Source: Pavona decussata
Taxonomy: Eukaryota
Assembly (NCBI GenBank): GCA_977016875.1
Contig: CDRNST010000130.1
Location: forward strand, 558,001 to 622,000
Length of the DNA: 64,000 nt
Direction of reading: 5' to 3'
The notes under the pieces are model-generated. The model was given only the letters and a program-made list of their open reading frames with translations, was not told the DNA's origin and did no database searches. The position numbers were made by a program, and so were the translations under genes. Shown here piece by piece: positions 24,290-37,940 of this stretch (position 1 is its first letter; each line of letters starts with the position of its first letter).

Positions 24290-25650
24290 GATTGGTCGAG
24301 TGAATCATTTTGACTGATTTTCACTAGGTAGTCCAGCATTTCTTTGATGAGCTGTTTGGAGTCCCCATCTGAAAACACAGGTTGATCGTTCCCTGAAACG
24401 TTAGAGCACAGGCTGACACTAAGTAGGATGTGTTTGGCATCCCATCTTAATTTCTCTGTATCGTTGATACCTGTCTTGGAGTTAAACATAAGGTGGTTCA
24501 GTATGGAAAGTATTTGAGATATATGGTCAGTGCCATCTTGTAAGCACCAGCAGGAAAGGTGTATGAAGAGTTATTCTTGTACAGGTTGAGGTAAAGAGTA
24601 CTTGGGTAATGGCTAAAGGAGCGATGAATCAATTGCACTACAATCTCTGGCGTAGAATCCTGGTCTTCTTTTATGGTGCCATCTACTTGATCTTCTCCGT
24701 CAGGATGGTGTTTTTTAGGGAATAGTTCTGTAAGCTTTACACCACAATTTTGTTAACTTGGGAAACGCTTAACAATATCTCTCGAAATAATGTTTGGCAT
24801 GTCTCTCTAGGTTGTTTGGGTGACAACCTTTATGAAGAGCAAGGGTCACTGTTGTGAATGTGATCCAAGGCAACTTAATCGTGGTTTTCAGCCAGGTAAG
24901 CAGGCAGGTCTTTGCCTCTTCCTATAGGGTGGCCTCTAAGCTTTGTTATGAAGAATGTAACATTAGTCACCTGCTCTAAAACCCACTTGGAGTTGGGGCT
25001 GTTGGGAATTAGATAATTGCCTGACAACACAATGTTTTCCCAATAAACTCGCGCTAAAATCACTCACTCACGAGAGAATTTTAAAGAGATATATTTGTCT
25101 CTCACAATGTCCCTAGTTCAATTACAACACACTCTTCGATTGTCTAGAACAAAAGATAAAGCAAATTGTACAATGTGTTCTTTGATTGACTAAAGTTACC
25201 AACGATGACAGGTTCGAGGCCTATCCCTTTACGGTCACACGACTTCCGACAGGGCCTCCCTGACGTACCCATTCTTCCAATGCTTGGTCGCTTTGTAAAT
25301 CGGATCTGGTTGCAATCTGGAAGGGATATGCAATAACTTGGTCATTGTTTTGGGAGGCCTAATAAAATTGTAGTTGGTCAGTCTCATTGTTACGTAGTAT
25401 AAACCCAAAAGATGCATTCAGCTTGAACACTGTGGACTGGTTGGTAAAGGTCTCCCCAAGGTGTTGTATAATCTCCTGAGGTTGAAGGGAAGTCTGGTGA
25501 TAATAAAATTGTACCAATCTAACGGCCAATGACGACGGTACTCAGGCACAACGCGTTGCTTGTCTTTTGGAAAGTCAGTCAAGGCTGCGGGGCTTTCCTG
25601 CCAGTTGGAGATTGAGGCCGTTTTTTTCTCGATAAAGTTCGGCTTCATAT
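24290..25650 (-). pseudogene. Polinton pPolB N-terminal region relic (second type), with an insert at ~25005-25250
   Basis: QSTVFKLNASFGFILRN, PNSKWVLEQVTNVTFFITKLRGHPIGRG and KLRWDAKHILLSVSLCSNV are motifs I recognise from invertebrate Polinton PolB N-termini. Confidence 0.75.
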
Positions 25651-26611
25651 CCTTGGCACTAGGTCCTGAATAAGGTAATCATACACTAATGCCTGATCTC
25701 AATCCCTCACATTAAAAAACGAGTTCAAACTCTATTGTTTCATTGTAGCTTGAATATATTTTAATTTAATTAGCAAAGTTTATCCTTGACACAGAAATTA
25801 TTCCATTTCACTTCTTTTTCATCAAAAATTTGCATACGGTACAATGTCAAAACCAAAGACAAGCATCAACGTATTGTGGTTTACTGTATCAAGAAACAAG
25901 TTACCCTACGACTCATGCTCTTTATCAGATGTAACTTGGTAGAGACATGACGGCAAAGTTTATTTTACTTCTTACTTGAGTCATCTTTGTGTGATCGTTT
26001 TGTGGCTGCCGAGGGGTTTCTGTGAGCTCTTTGCTGGTGTAAATGAAATGGAGCCATTTTGTGAAAGACTTGTCCGCATGTAGAACACTTGTATTCTCAG
26101 TGAACTGCTTGCTTTTTGTGAATTTGTTGCTCATGTCGTTGCAAATTTGACGAGGGCGGGGGTTGCTCGCTGCTCGTAGATTTTGTGCTCCCTCTACTAA
26201 TATAAGAGAAAAATAGAGACTGAAACAAATATAGATTTGAGAAATTGAGTGTCCTTTATATTGGGATATATTACAATTACAGTAAAGCAAATTCAAAGAG
26301 AAGCAACTTTTGGTTTGAGAAATTGGGATTTCACTGGAATGTAATTCTTTATTTAGTCCTTTTGTTTTTCTTTTCTGTCTTCTTTTGGCCACTTGGGCCA
26401 CTAGGCTTGGGAGGACGCCACTTTGCATTAGACAGATCCCTAATGTTGACGTGATATACCTGGAAATGGCATAAAATTAATACCATTTCTTGTAAATGCT
26501 TACAGTTACAATGTATTCTATTTATCCTCAGTCCATTTCTAAGTAGTGCTGTTAAAATTTTACCTAGACATTTGGGTGGACTGGTGGAAAATAACTTTTT
26601 AAACAAGTGTA

Positions 26612-27360
26612 CAGTTGAACCTTGATTATCTGGACTCGTCCGGACTGCGGTAAATAGTCCGGATAATCGAGAGTCCGGATAATCCAAAATATGAATATTA
26701 ATGAGATAGAAATGTAAACAAAAGGTTACAGCAAAGAAAACACGACTTAAAATATGAAATCGGTTTCCCAGTAGGTCTTTGTTGAATAAACTTGGCGTAA
26801 AGAGCTTTATCCAACTGATCATCATCGGCCAGCTTCAGGGACTTTCAGTTTAATCCTTCGCCTGTCTCGATGCTGTCAGTAACTTTTAGGGTCTTGTCTT
26901 TCTTCTTCCGTATGTCAGAGATCTGCTGTTTTCTGATGCCAAATTCTTGAGCTAAATTTGTTCCTTTTTCTCCTTTATCCAAACGTGAAATAATTATCTC
27001 CTTGTCTTAAATCGATAAAATGGCTCGCTTTCGCTTCGTAGACATGTTTTTGATTTGAGTTTACGATCGCTCGCTCCTGTGTTTACATAGCCCACGTGGA
27101 AGGAACTAATCAAGCATGAAATTCCCTTGGCCAAAAAACAATTTAGCCAATCAGATATCAGCTGAACGCATCAGAGCATTTCTTTCTCTCGTCGTGCTTG
27201 CGGATTTCGATAAGCTGTTTCAACAGTCTTTTGAAAGGAGTATTGGGCTTTTTTGCGTCTTCAAGTTCAAAACATCTTAACTAATTAATATTCATGAAAA
27301 AATTGGGACCAGAGAAAAAGTCCGGATAATTGAATAGTAGGGATAATTGAGGTTCGACTG
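26612..27360 (-). mobile_element. Tigger/pogo-like element, internally deleted
   Basis: TA|CAGTTGAACCTTGATTATC ... GATAATTGAGGTTCGACTG|TA. Encodes MSTKRKRAILSI*DKEIIISRLDKGEKGTNLAQEFGI.KQQISDI (psq/CENP-B HTH). Empty site tgTActg at ~57682. Confidence 0.9.
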
Positions 27361-29094
27361 TACTGGCAGGGGATGCTCTGCGGATCTTCGCTTGCTTGAC
27401 GAGAGGCACGCCATTACTTAGGGACCTTTAGGACACGTTCTTTTTAACAGCGCAAAAGCAACAACATCCTTTATTCAGCTCAACTCCAAACTAATTACTG
27501 CCACTATATTCCTTTTATGGACACTTGCCCTAGGAAGTTACTTAATCCGATGACACATTGTTTAGATCAGCATTAATTTACAAATCTTGGTGAGAATTAT
27601 GGTCCACAGAACCAATAGAATACACGGTATGTGACTCAGCAAAACGTAAGTAATAATTTAGTAAGCGTTAGTTAGGTTCATCGGTTACGGAGTAGCATAG
27701 TTAATTAGACGGTAGTAAAGGCAGATTTGGAGCGGTGAACAACTCAATGAAGGGTAAAATTATAACACAAATTAGCACTGATCTAATAGCGTTGTTAGTT
27801 CAAAGTTAAGGGGAAATATAAGGCAACTAATACAACAGGTATAAGCAGGTGGAGAAGTTTTCCCGCGCAAGTTAAGTTTCAGGTGCTTTCCATTGATTCT
27901 GTTTTGAAAAGATAAAATCAACAATAATTGTTCCATCACACAAGGTACAATCATATGGTCAAGTAGCGCTGGATAACAAGGGTTTTGAATCACTTTTTAG
28001 AAATATACATACAAAACGTTTAAACTTACCCCATCATGGGTGGGGTCTGGCCTATCAACCAGCCAACCGGGGATGATTTTCCTCACCACTCTCTTCAGGG
28101 TGGGAGGGATACATACGTTGGTTGACACCCAACCTCTTCCCCAAGGGTGCGCCCACTTCCAAACTGCACGAGAAAAAGAAACATTAATTGACCGGAGCGA
28201 TTTTTGAACACCGAGCCATTTATTTACATATCTCTCAACGCTTTATAGGACGAGACATAAAAACAAAAGGAAACATTGTAATTCAATGACATGCAAGTAC
28301 GAGGCGAGGTATTTTACAGTTCAGCCAAAAAAGGCTGTTGTTATTGTTCTACAATAAAAGATGTGATCGGTCGATAAAATGTCTAAAGAAGATAAAATGA
28401 AGAAAGCTTGTTGGTTTCAAGCAAAGATCACACGCATAAAAGACACTAACAATAGCACCATCGTGTTATGCCTAGTGCTACAAAGCATTCCAACACATGT
28501 ATAGTAAATAAAGTGGACCAAAGTGAGTCCTATAATCGCTCCCAATAAAAGAAAGATGAAATGGCTAAGAAGAACTACATGCTTGAGTTTCCACTTACCC
28601 ACAACTTTGCCCACAAATTCCAGTAGAGCCGTGCCCGGCCGGTGTCTGGCGTTTCATTTGGTCCGAGAGTGAACCTTTCTAAAAGGTTCACAAGTCCCTC
28701 CGGAACTCTAAATCTGTGTAAAATGCAGGATTACTGCAAATAATTAATACATGCAAGGAAATTTCATCTGACTTACCCATTCTGTATTTTGCAATGGTAA
28801 CAAACCAGGTGTGATCCATGGCATCCTGCACGACAATTTAATCAGCGGAGGAGGCCCGACTGGACTTAAACAGCGACAAAAGCACTCCGCCCTTTCACTA
28901 GGGAGATGTTGGTGGTAGTGGCCCGGATGCGGGAGCAGCAGTGCCCTCTAGCATTGATTTTGATTAGAAATTTGTTGGTGTTTCCGCTACAAAAAAGGAC
29001 ATGAGTTGAAAAATGCATGAAGGCAGTCTTGAAATAGGGTTCCAGATGCCAAGGGTTGTGCCATAATAGTTGTTTGTCGCAGCTCGGGCACTTA

Positions 29095-30300
29095 AAGGTT
29101 AAAACCCAGTGTGAATGCGTTGTTGAGTGATTAGATGATTGGGACGAGCGAACGTTCTACCACAAGTGTCGCAGCGATGTTCGTTACACTGTTTGTTGGT
29201 TGGTGGTTGCCCGTCACCTATTTGAATATCCTACAATTAGTTATTGCCTAATCATAGTATAAATCCTGACTATTTAACTGATTTATAAAGTACATGTGAA
29301 GGGGAATTTACTAACAAACAATCTGTCCTGTAGATTCAGGCAGAATAAAAAGTTGAAATTTTCTATCTTTTATGTCTATCTTTAACCGGCCTAGCAGGTT
29401 CCTTCAATTTATATCGGTTCCCTTCCCACTGAAAGGTTTCAATTTCATTGGTTCCCGTTGTCTCCCAGCTTCACTGGCCTAACCACACCGTCAACAAAAA
29501 ATTGCATTTGCTGTAACTTAAGTTGGCGCCAATACTTATGAAGTTCATCGTGGGAGAACTCCTTTGTAAAAAAACTGAAGCGGCCTACAAAAAAGCTACG
29601 TTTCCCTATTAGTGTCTTATTGTTCCTTAAGCATAAAAGCAGTATTGATCAATTACTCTACACGCTTCGAGGCCCAGCATAACATAACACATAACGTGGA
29701 AGACAACCATTCCCAGAATAGACATCTTTTTCACCCATGCACGGCGTTTCTCATAGGAAGCGTGCACAAGTTCTTCCTTCCAATTATTGTAGCTGTTACT
29801 GTCATCAAAATGTAACAAACCACCTCCATCGCCTTTGCGTTTGATGAAAGTTGCTCTCTTCTTGTCTCACATTTTAACAAAGATCTTTTATAAAGGATGC
29901 TCGTTGATTCTCCCGCATCTTAACACTCAGCCATCAACTCTGAATAAAGTTTGATGTGGTCCTCACGTAGTCATCAGCCGTCATCGCCGTTTGAGACGGC
30001 CAAAGTGACACAAGTCAGCTTCCAAGCTTCATCAAGCTCAGCCCATCCCTAGCTGTGATTCTCTGTGCCACTCAAAAACTCACCGTCACAGTGTACGTTT
30101 GGACTTCAGCCATTATCAACAGTGCGTTGTGTATCCCGCCCACTCTACTGTGGACTTAAAGCCATCATCGATGAGAAGTCTGTTGAACTTTGGCTCGTCC
30201 CTGGAGCAATACAACAAGTGGCCTGCTGTGATTCATTGCAGTAACTTCTTCTTCTTCTTCTTCTTAGTGGCTGGACTTGGATCTTTACAGATGTTGTAAG
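29095..30300 (-). repeat. Orphan module X copy
   Basis: ..LHFDDSNSYNNWKEELV..ILGMVVFHVMCYVMLGL.ACRVIDQ.CFYA..ETFQWEGNRYKLKEPAR. Other copies at 30520-31120, 31950-33700, 42565-43480, 47095-47295, 50650-52315, 52735-53522 and 59425-60640. Confidence 0.85.
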
Positions 30301-30309
30301 TCGTCCTCT

Positions 30310-30456
30310 GAGTTATTATTGGCCAGACAAGAGGTATTCAGAATTGATAAAGTCATTAGGGGAAATTATGAGAAGAAACAAGCCTTGGTGAAGTGGAAGG
30401 GATACACTGATGACTTTAATTCTTGGGTTCCATTGAAGGATTTAGTGGATTTATGA
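30310..30456 (+). pseudogene. Isolated Polinton integrase chromodomain fragment
   Basis: QEVFRIDKVIRGNYEKKQALVKWKGYTDDFNSWVPLKDLVDL*, homologous to 45790-45927; duplicate at ~60645-60780. Confidence 0.85.
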
Positions 30457-31409
30457 AACAATATAAGATTAAATTAAATATCCAATGCGCCAAGAACAGG
30501 AACGATAATGCAAACCTTTTATGTCCATCTTTAACCAGCCTAGCAGGTTCCTTCAATTCATATCGGTTCCCTTCGCACTGAAAGGTTTCAATTTCAATCC
30601 CATTGGTTCCTGTTGTCTCCCAGCTTCACTGGCCAAAATCAAAATCTAACAAGCCACGTCCGTCTCCTCGTCTCCTTGCGTTTGTTGAAAGTTGCTCCCT
30701 TCTTGTCCCACATCTTTACAAAGATCTTTTAGAAAGGATGCTCATTGATTCTCCCACATGTTAACACTCAGTCATCAACCCTGAATTAAAGTGTGATGTG
30801 GTCATCACGTAGTCATCAGCCCTCATCGCCGATTAAGACAGCCCAAGTGACACAAGTCAGCTCCCAAGCATCGCCAAGCTCAGCCCATCCACGGGCGTGT
30901 TTGTCTGTGCCACTCAAGAACTCACCATCACAGTGCACTCGTGGACTTAAGCCATCATCCATAGTGCTTTGTGTGTCACGTGCATGCGACTGTGGACTTA
31001 TAGCCATCAATGATGAGAAGTCTGTTGAACATTTGGTTCATCAACAGTAAAGCACTTGTCCATTGCAGAAAATCGTCCCCCGAGCAATACAACAAGTGGC
31101 CTGCTGTGATTGCACGCAACACAGGATAACATGATTTATCGTGTTTGAAGTAGTAGGCACTCCAGGGTACTACACGTTTAATTCTTTTGTATACGAAGAA
31201 TAAGATAAGAACCTTTTCTTCCAATGTGATAAACTGATGGAGGATCGTTCCTCAGTCCTTTTTTAATAATGCGACTCTCACATCTCTTGCTGGCCAATGT
31301 GGCAGCCTTGCGAATATCTTGTTACTTGTAGTTCATGGGACTTGTAATCTTTAGGAAGCAACAGTGTCAATCGTTAGTATACTTCTCTGCGATGTTCCAT
31401 TCTTGTCTC

Positions 31410-31950
31410 ATACGGAGGATAAAACCAAACGAGAAATTCACTTTCAACACGTTAGGCTAGTCAGCAAAGATGCGGTTCAGTTGTTTGCAGAAAGCAGTGG
31501 GACCCCGTGAACAGGCAGAAATTATACCATTCTTGAAGTCAGTTTTGGCAGCTGAATCTGGTTCGGATTTGTGGCCAGTGCTCTCTGTACATTTAGGCAA
31601 TATATGCTTCACCACTTGAAACAAGGTTGGCTGGGATGAGAATAGGATCACGTTGCTGGCTAGCAATGGTGTTTTAAGCACTTGTCTTGGGGTTTGGCTC
31701 TGAAGAGGTACTCATACTTGTTTGGTCCGGCCTCTTAGATCTTTTCGCCGACGGACCCTCTGATGTTTTAATGGCGGTACGCTTACGAGCTGCGAATATG
31801 AGCATTGTAGGGCGCGAGGTTGTGAAACGTTTTGCCACATGTACACATGTACAGTGAAAGTGCCTTGTGCAGCTCACTTCTTGTGTGCCTTGAGATGACG
31901 ATTAAGGGTCGACTTGTCAGCAAACAGTTTATCGCAGCGCGGGCACTCGC
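31410..31950 (-). pseudogene. C2H2 zinc-finger N-terminus of pPolB, relic
   Basis: ECPRCDKLFADKSTLNRHLKAH and CGKTFHNLAPYNAH, then QLNRIFAD*PNVLKVNFSFGFILR. Confidence 0.7.
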
Positions 31951-33700
31951 AAGTTTAAAACCCAGTATGAATGCAGTGGTGAGTGATTAGATGATTGGGA
32001 CGAGCAAACGTTTTACCACAAGTGTCGCAGCAATGTTACTTGCGCTGCTTCTTGACTAGTGGTTGCCTGTCACCCATTTGAACATCCGGCAATTAGTTAT
32101 AACCTAATGTAAGTATAAACCTTAACTATTTAACTGATTATTAAAGTTCAAGTGAACGGAAATTTACTAACAAATGGTCCGTCTTGTAGATTCAGGCAGA
32201 ATAAAAGTTAAAACAATGTATCATTTGTTTTGATTGAAATTTTCTATCTTTTATGTCTATCTTTAACCAGCCTAGCAGGTTCCTTCAATTTATATCGGTT
32301 CCCTTCCCACTGAAAGGTTTCAATTTCAATTCCATTGGTTCTCGTTGTCTCCCAGCTTCAATGGCCTAACCACACCATCAACAAAAAATTGCATTTGCTG
32401 TAACTTGAGTTGGTGTCATCCCATATGAAGTTCATCGTGGCAGAACTTTAATTTTGTAAAAAAAACTGAAGCGGCCTTTGAAAAAAGCTCCATTTCTCTC
32501 AGCCATCTTATTGTCACTTAAGCATAGAAGCAGTAGTGATCAATTACTCTACACGCTTGGAGGCCCAACATAACATAACACATAACGTGGAAGACAACCA
32601 TTCGCAGAATAGATGTCTTTTTCACCCATGCACAGTTTCTCATAGGAAGTGTGCACAAGTTCAGCCTTCTGGTTATTGTAGCTGTTACTGTCATCAAAAT
32701 GTAACAAGCCACGTCCGTCTCCTTTGGTTTTGTTGAAAGTTGCTCCGTTCTTGTCCCACATCTTTACAAAGATCTTAAGAAAGGATGCTCACTGATTTTC
32801 TCGCATCTTAACACTCAGTCATCAACTCTGAATTAAAGTTTGATGTGGTCATCATGTAGTCATCAGCCCTCATCGCCGTTTGAGACAGCCAAAGTGACAC
32901 AAGTCAGCTCCCAAGCACCTTCAAGCTCAGCTCATCCACAGGTGTGTTGGTCTTTGCCACTCAAAAACTCACCATCACAGTGTACTTGTGGACTTTAGCC
33001 ATCATCCATAGTGCTTTGTGTATCGGATCTGTTTGATTGTGGACTTTAAGCCATCATCGATGAGAAGTCTGTTGAACTTTGGCTCGTCAACACTAAAGCA
33101 CTTGTCCATTGCATAAAATCGTCCCCCGAGCAATACAACAAGTGGCCTGCTGTGATTTATCGCAATAACTTCGTCCTCTTCTTCCTAGTGGCTGGACCTG
33201 TATGTTAACAGATGTTGTTAGGCGTGCCTTTTTTTTTGTATTTTCTTTGCCTGTTCCATGGTGTCCTCTTCCTTTCATACGGTATCACCATTCCCATTGC
33301 TTTCTTCCTTGTCAGAGAACTGCAAAGAGAGAACATGTGCTTCCTGTAAGATGACGACACCTTGTTTGAGAATAAACCTACAACCACAAGCAAATGGGAA
33401 AAGTTCAACTCGAAGGCCCTCGGAAACAAATACACTGGCACATGCAATGAAGGTTACTACCCATTTAAACAGGTCTAGATAATAAATATCTTCAAGTTGC
33501 AGCAAAGAACTACCCTTACTTTTTTCTTATTCACTGCCATTTCATCATTTGATTTCCAAAACGTGTGATCCATTATTCGGGCTTAAATTTGCAATACCGA
33601 CCTTGTTGATTTATGAGATTAATCAACCATCTCCCATAATTTCATCGTAAAAACCACACCTCTTTTGTTGGGAAAACAAATACTGCTCTAACAAATCCTT
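31950..33700 (-). repeat. Orphan module X, long copy
   Basis: Colinear with 50650-52315. Confidence 0.85.
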
Positions 33701-33710
33701 TGAATGCCTC

Positions 33711-34995
33711 TGTGACGGAAGGTTTTTCCACTTCTGGATAACTATGGACTTTATGGTTCTCTGGTGTTTGGAAATAACTGACAATAGGGAAAATTAGACT
33801 CAAATGGGCAACTCGCTTGCGGGAAAGAGCCGTCACTCTCTTGAGATACGGGATCAAACCACGAAACTGGTATGCAGCAATGAGAGAAACTTGACTAGGG
33901 TTCAACAGCGTTTATTCTAGCACTCGTAGAGGTTGTTGCAGAAGTAATCGCGGATGAAATTGAAAAACAGTACAAACTGACTACGTTATATATGATTATA
34001 TATTTTTAACTCTGGCAGCTGTTGTTGCTAAGGCTATTGTTAAAAGTAACCTAAATTGAAAATTCCTTTAAACAATAAATTACAAGAGCAACAGAGTCAG
34101 CAAAAGCTCTTGGAGCACGTACTAGCGAAGTATGAATAGAATTGCAAGGTCAGCGAGCAGCTGTCGAAGCACATACCATCGCTGTTTAATTACCGAAATT
34201 ACCACCTTTAACAAAAACTGCATATTTGGAATTCTACGAATCAGCAAAACCATTCATACTTTAATCTGGATCTGGCTTTTGTGGTTAAGAGAGCAATGCC
34301 GAAAAGCAAATTAACAGCTATTGATGTCTGAAGGTTCGCCTAAATAACTCGAAATGGATTGAATTCAAATGATAAGTGTCAACTTGAATAGACACCGCGC
34401 AGTTTTAAAGGAAACTAGTTAAGGCCGATAGATTAACCTAAGTTAAGTAATTATTTGGCGAAATAGTATTTTTAGAAACAAACTCAAGGAACATTTATGT
34501 CGTGGCTCAATGTTCCGGAAAGCGCGTAAAATAAGTTTGTTGTGCCACAAGAACAAGAACTGTTGACTTTTATAGGATCATTGTTTAGCAAATAGCGCAA
34601 AGCATGAAAACAAAGCAATTATTTGACAAGTTCCCTTTACGGGTGACTGCAGCTGAATTTAAACAATTGGAGCAGCGTAATCATTGAAGCGAATCTTATA
34701 ACAACTCCGTGGCAAAAACTGACATCTGAGCCTGAAAAGACTATTTTTAAACAAAAGCGTCGATTTGAAACTATTTATAGAAACTATTTTCGAACTCAAA
34801 TGTTATTCACTGCCAAAAGCTTAATTCCTAAGTTTAAGCTAAATGCATACGCGAGCTTAATTACAACTTTCTTGACTCGACCGACACGAAACTCGCTGTT
34901 ATAGCAAATTCTTTCCTAACACTCCTCTGACATCAAATTTGAGCCGTCCGCAGTGAACAGAGAGAGAGAACAAAACGAATCGGGAAATTGCTACA
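33711..34995 (-). mobile_element. Possible LTR-like insert
   Basis: Unique non-coding block bounded by TGT...ACA, with AATAAA ~200 nt from the minus-strand 3' end. No target duplication seen. Confidence 0.3.
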
Positions 34996-35103
34996 AGGGT
35001 CGTGGGACGAGTTGAAAAAGTTTGAAAATAAGATATTGTACTTTAGAAATGGTAGTTTGTGCCGAGTTGTTTGTACTTAACAACAAGTCTCTCGTGGGGT
35101 TTC

Positions 35104-35623
35104 TCACCCCAGGTGGCGTCTTTTCATCCAGTCGGCATACGCCAGTGCTTTATGTTTGGTAGTGAACGGCCGGTCGACTGGAATCAGTTCCCTTGCTGGG
35201 GGACATTCAATGTCGTCCAAAGCCGGTACAATTATTGGTACCACCAGATCTGGTATATCGCTTACCCAGGTGGCAATCAGATCGCGGATATACCGCCCCT
35301 TGGTCCACAGCGTGATGGCAAGTGGAACGGGACAACTGTCTTCAAACGTGTTCAAGAGAGTATCCTGAAGATAGATGAGTAGGGCAGTGTCCATCGCACA
35401 CTGCGGTAAGCCGCTTGGATGAAGTGGCCAGTCATGGAGCTGGGATTTGAAACGGTAGGTCTGCAAAGGCATCCTCGCTATGTGTAAGTTATTCTGTGGT
35501 GTCAAACTGGCGCTGGCGGAAGACTTGATTCTGAAGAGACGCGAACGCCACTGCTTTCACAAAGAAGGGCATATCGCCAAGCTGAAAGCCATCAATTACT
35601 ACGACAATGTTCAAGCAGGACAT
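35104..35623 (-). pseudogene. DEDD/DnaQ-like exonuclease of the Maverick/Polinton accessory type
   Basis: ATG at 35623 gives MSCLNIVVVIDGFQLGDMPFFVKAVAF; after a stop and a frameshift, TYRF..LHDWPL..SGLP..LWTKG. Fits the VxDGF..F.vKE..hG..G..vKG pattern. Confidence 0.55.
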
Positions 35624-35879
35624 GTTTAGGTTGGTAACAAACTCAGGCTGAGTTGAGCCTTACTGCGTGGTTACTGGATGGAAGTTTTTTTTTGGTGTTT
35701 TGTAAAAAAGGTGTGAGGGAGAGGCCTTTTAGAAGTACCACTAATGGAGTACGTGCTGATAAACGTATAAAGGAGGGACAAGAAAAAAAAGGTGTGATGG
35801 TGGAGGGTAACAATGAACAAAATAAAGTGGAATTCGGACAGCAACCCTTGCCTATTATGCAAGCAGGCATGTCTTTGCC

Positions 35880-36420
35880 TCTTCCTTAGGATGGCCTCTA
35901 AGCTTTGTTATGAAGAATGTAACATGATTCACCTGCTCTAAAAACCCACTTGGAGTTGGGGCCTCGCTGACGTACCCATTCTAAGACATCAAGATTTCGT
36001 AATGCTTGAACGCTTTGTAAATCGGCTCTGGTTGCAATCTGGAAGCGGTATGCAATAAGTTGGTCATTGTTTTGGGAGGCGTAATAAAATTGTAGTTGGC
36101 CAGTCTTGTTGTTACGTAGTATAAACCCAAAGGACACTTTCAGCTTGAACACTGTGGACTGGTCGGTGAAGGTCTTATCAGGGTGTTGTATAATTTTCTG
36201 AGGTTGAAGGGAAGTCAGGTGATAAAATTGTACCAATCTAAAATACATTTTTGTCTGTTGAAATGAGTCCACATTTGATGCCAATTACGACGGTACTCAG
36301 GCACAATGCGTTGCTTGTCTTTTGGAAGGTCAGTCAAGGCTGTGGGATCTTCCTACTAGTTGGAGATTGAGGCCGCTTTTTTCGCGATAAAGTTCGGCTT
36401 CATATCCTTGGCACTAGGTC
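35880..36420 (-). pseudogene. pPolB N-terminal relic (paralogue of 25235-25720)
   Basis: FTDQSTVFKLKVSFGFILRNNKTGQLQFYYASQNN..LDVLEWVRQRGPNSKWV. Confidence 0.8.
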
Positions 36421-36959
36421 CTGAATGAAGTTATTAAACAGTAATGCCTGATCTCAATCCCTCGCATAAAAAAACTTTTTGTTTTATTGTAGCTCAAATA
36501 TATTTTAGTTTAATTATGTCATATTTTGCTAACAATAAACTGCCATGTGTGTGGCCTTGACTAGTTGACCCTTGTTAACTCGTTAGTTTCCAAAGAATAC
36601 TATTTGATAAGTATTGGCTGCAGACTGGATGGTTCCATTAAGTATTTAACTCGCGCCTGCCAATTGGGAAAACATACAAGATTTCAATATTAGTTAACAT
36701 ACCCCTGGAAATGCGAATGGCAGCATTCTATCCACTGTGAGACGGAGCAGATCACTTGGTATCTCGTTGTGCCAGATACAATTATCAATGATGTATTCAC
36801 TTTTTCCTCTGTTCTAATAACTTATGGTTATAGCCATGTTGACAATGAACGAGGTCAACATGTATCCAACCATTTTGAATGACCAAGCTTGGTCAATAAA
36901 TGATTTATAAAGTCGCCAAAAGAACACTAAAGCATTAATTTTCTTGTGGGAACACGGCT

Positions 36960-37275
36960 CCTGTATGGGATATACCTAACTGGCAAGGCATATGGTTTCT
37001 TCTGTCTTCTTTCGTCAGACAACATGAATACTAAGACATGAGTAGCTGCTGTTCGCTTCTTCTTGAACAGGTTGTGAAGGTGGCCTTTGGCCTCACAGGC
37101 CCTTAACGCTGATCACTGCAGGACTAACCATGGCAGTATTAAGGTTCATCAACTCTGCCTCATAGGCCTGTTGCAGCAGCTTCACCTGCTGCAGAAGAGC
37201 CTGAAATTCTACAACATTCCAGCTGGTACTTTTCAGGGATTCATCTGAAGTTAATAATAATAATAATAGTAATAA

Positions 37276-37318
<43 letters not shown>

Positions 37319-37940
37319 AATAATGATATTTATTTATATGAAGCAAATTCAACTATACAGTTTTCAAATGTACCTCACATATATGAACTATATATAATAC
37401 TAATGAATGATAAAAATAGGAAAATCAAATCCAAATTTACATATAAAACTAAACTAACTTAACATACAATGTATGTGTATAAAATATACATCAACTTCAT
37501 CTGTACGCTTGAATAAAAAGTGGGGTTTTAAGTTTTTGTTGAAAAGTACTGAGGTTTGACGTGCTTCTGATGTCATAAGGAAGAGCGTTTCACAATTTCT
37601 GTGCCGCTGCAATAAATGCTCTATCGCCAAGTGTTGGTGAGGTCTTAATCATGGGTGGGTTTTCAACAGCTGTGTTAAAACCCTCAACATCATCATCTAA
37701 CTGATGCATCCACGACCTCAACTTCACTTCAAGATCATCACAACTTACACAACCAGCCAAGCCAGTCACCAGATGAACTCTTATCATCATACCCCCTTTT
37801 TGAAACCCCTGTAATTTTCCATCACCCATATCTTAATTCCCATACCAAACACCTTTCGTGCATTCCATTAATGCCTCCTTTGGGTCTGCGGCATCCAGTT
37901 TTACCCAGAAATTCACACTAGTGTTGGCTTCCTTTAGGTC
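36960..37940 (-). pseudogene. Unclassified transposon-like protein relic split by an L2 insertion
   Basis: FWVKLDA.D.KEALME..KGVW.G..DMGDGKLQ (37660-37940) continues as LFKKKRTAATHVLVFMLSDERRQKKPYALPVRYIPY (36960-37250). I recall this as a repetitive invertebrate family, but the superfamily is uncertain. Confidence 0.45.
37254..37660 (-). mobile_element. L2/CR1-group LINE 3' end with (ATT)n tail
   Basis: TLGDRAFIAAAQKL*NALPYDIRS..LSTFQQKLKT.LF..AY*, then 3' UTR and an (AAT)n microsatellite at 37254-37326. Confidence 0.85.

Larger units (their letters stand above)
22590..30480. repeat. Segmental duplication, block A (partner 56315-60800)
   Basis: Same module order in both blocks: Y C-terminal part, pPolB tail, 25975-29095 orphan region, module X, chromodomain fragment. 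Confidence 0.85.
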
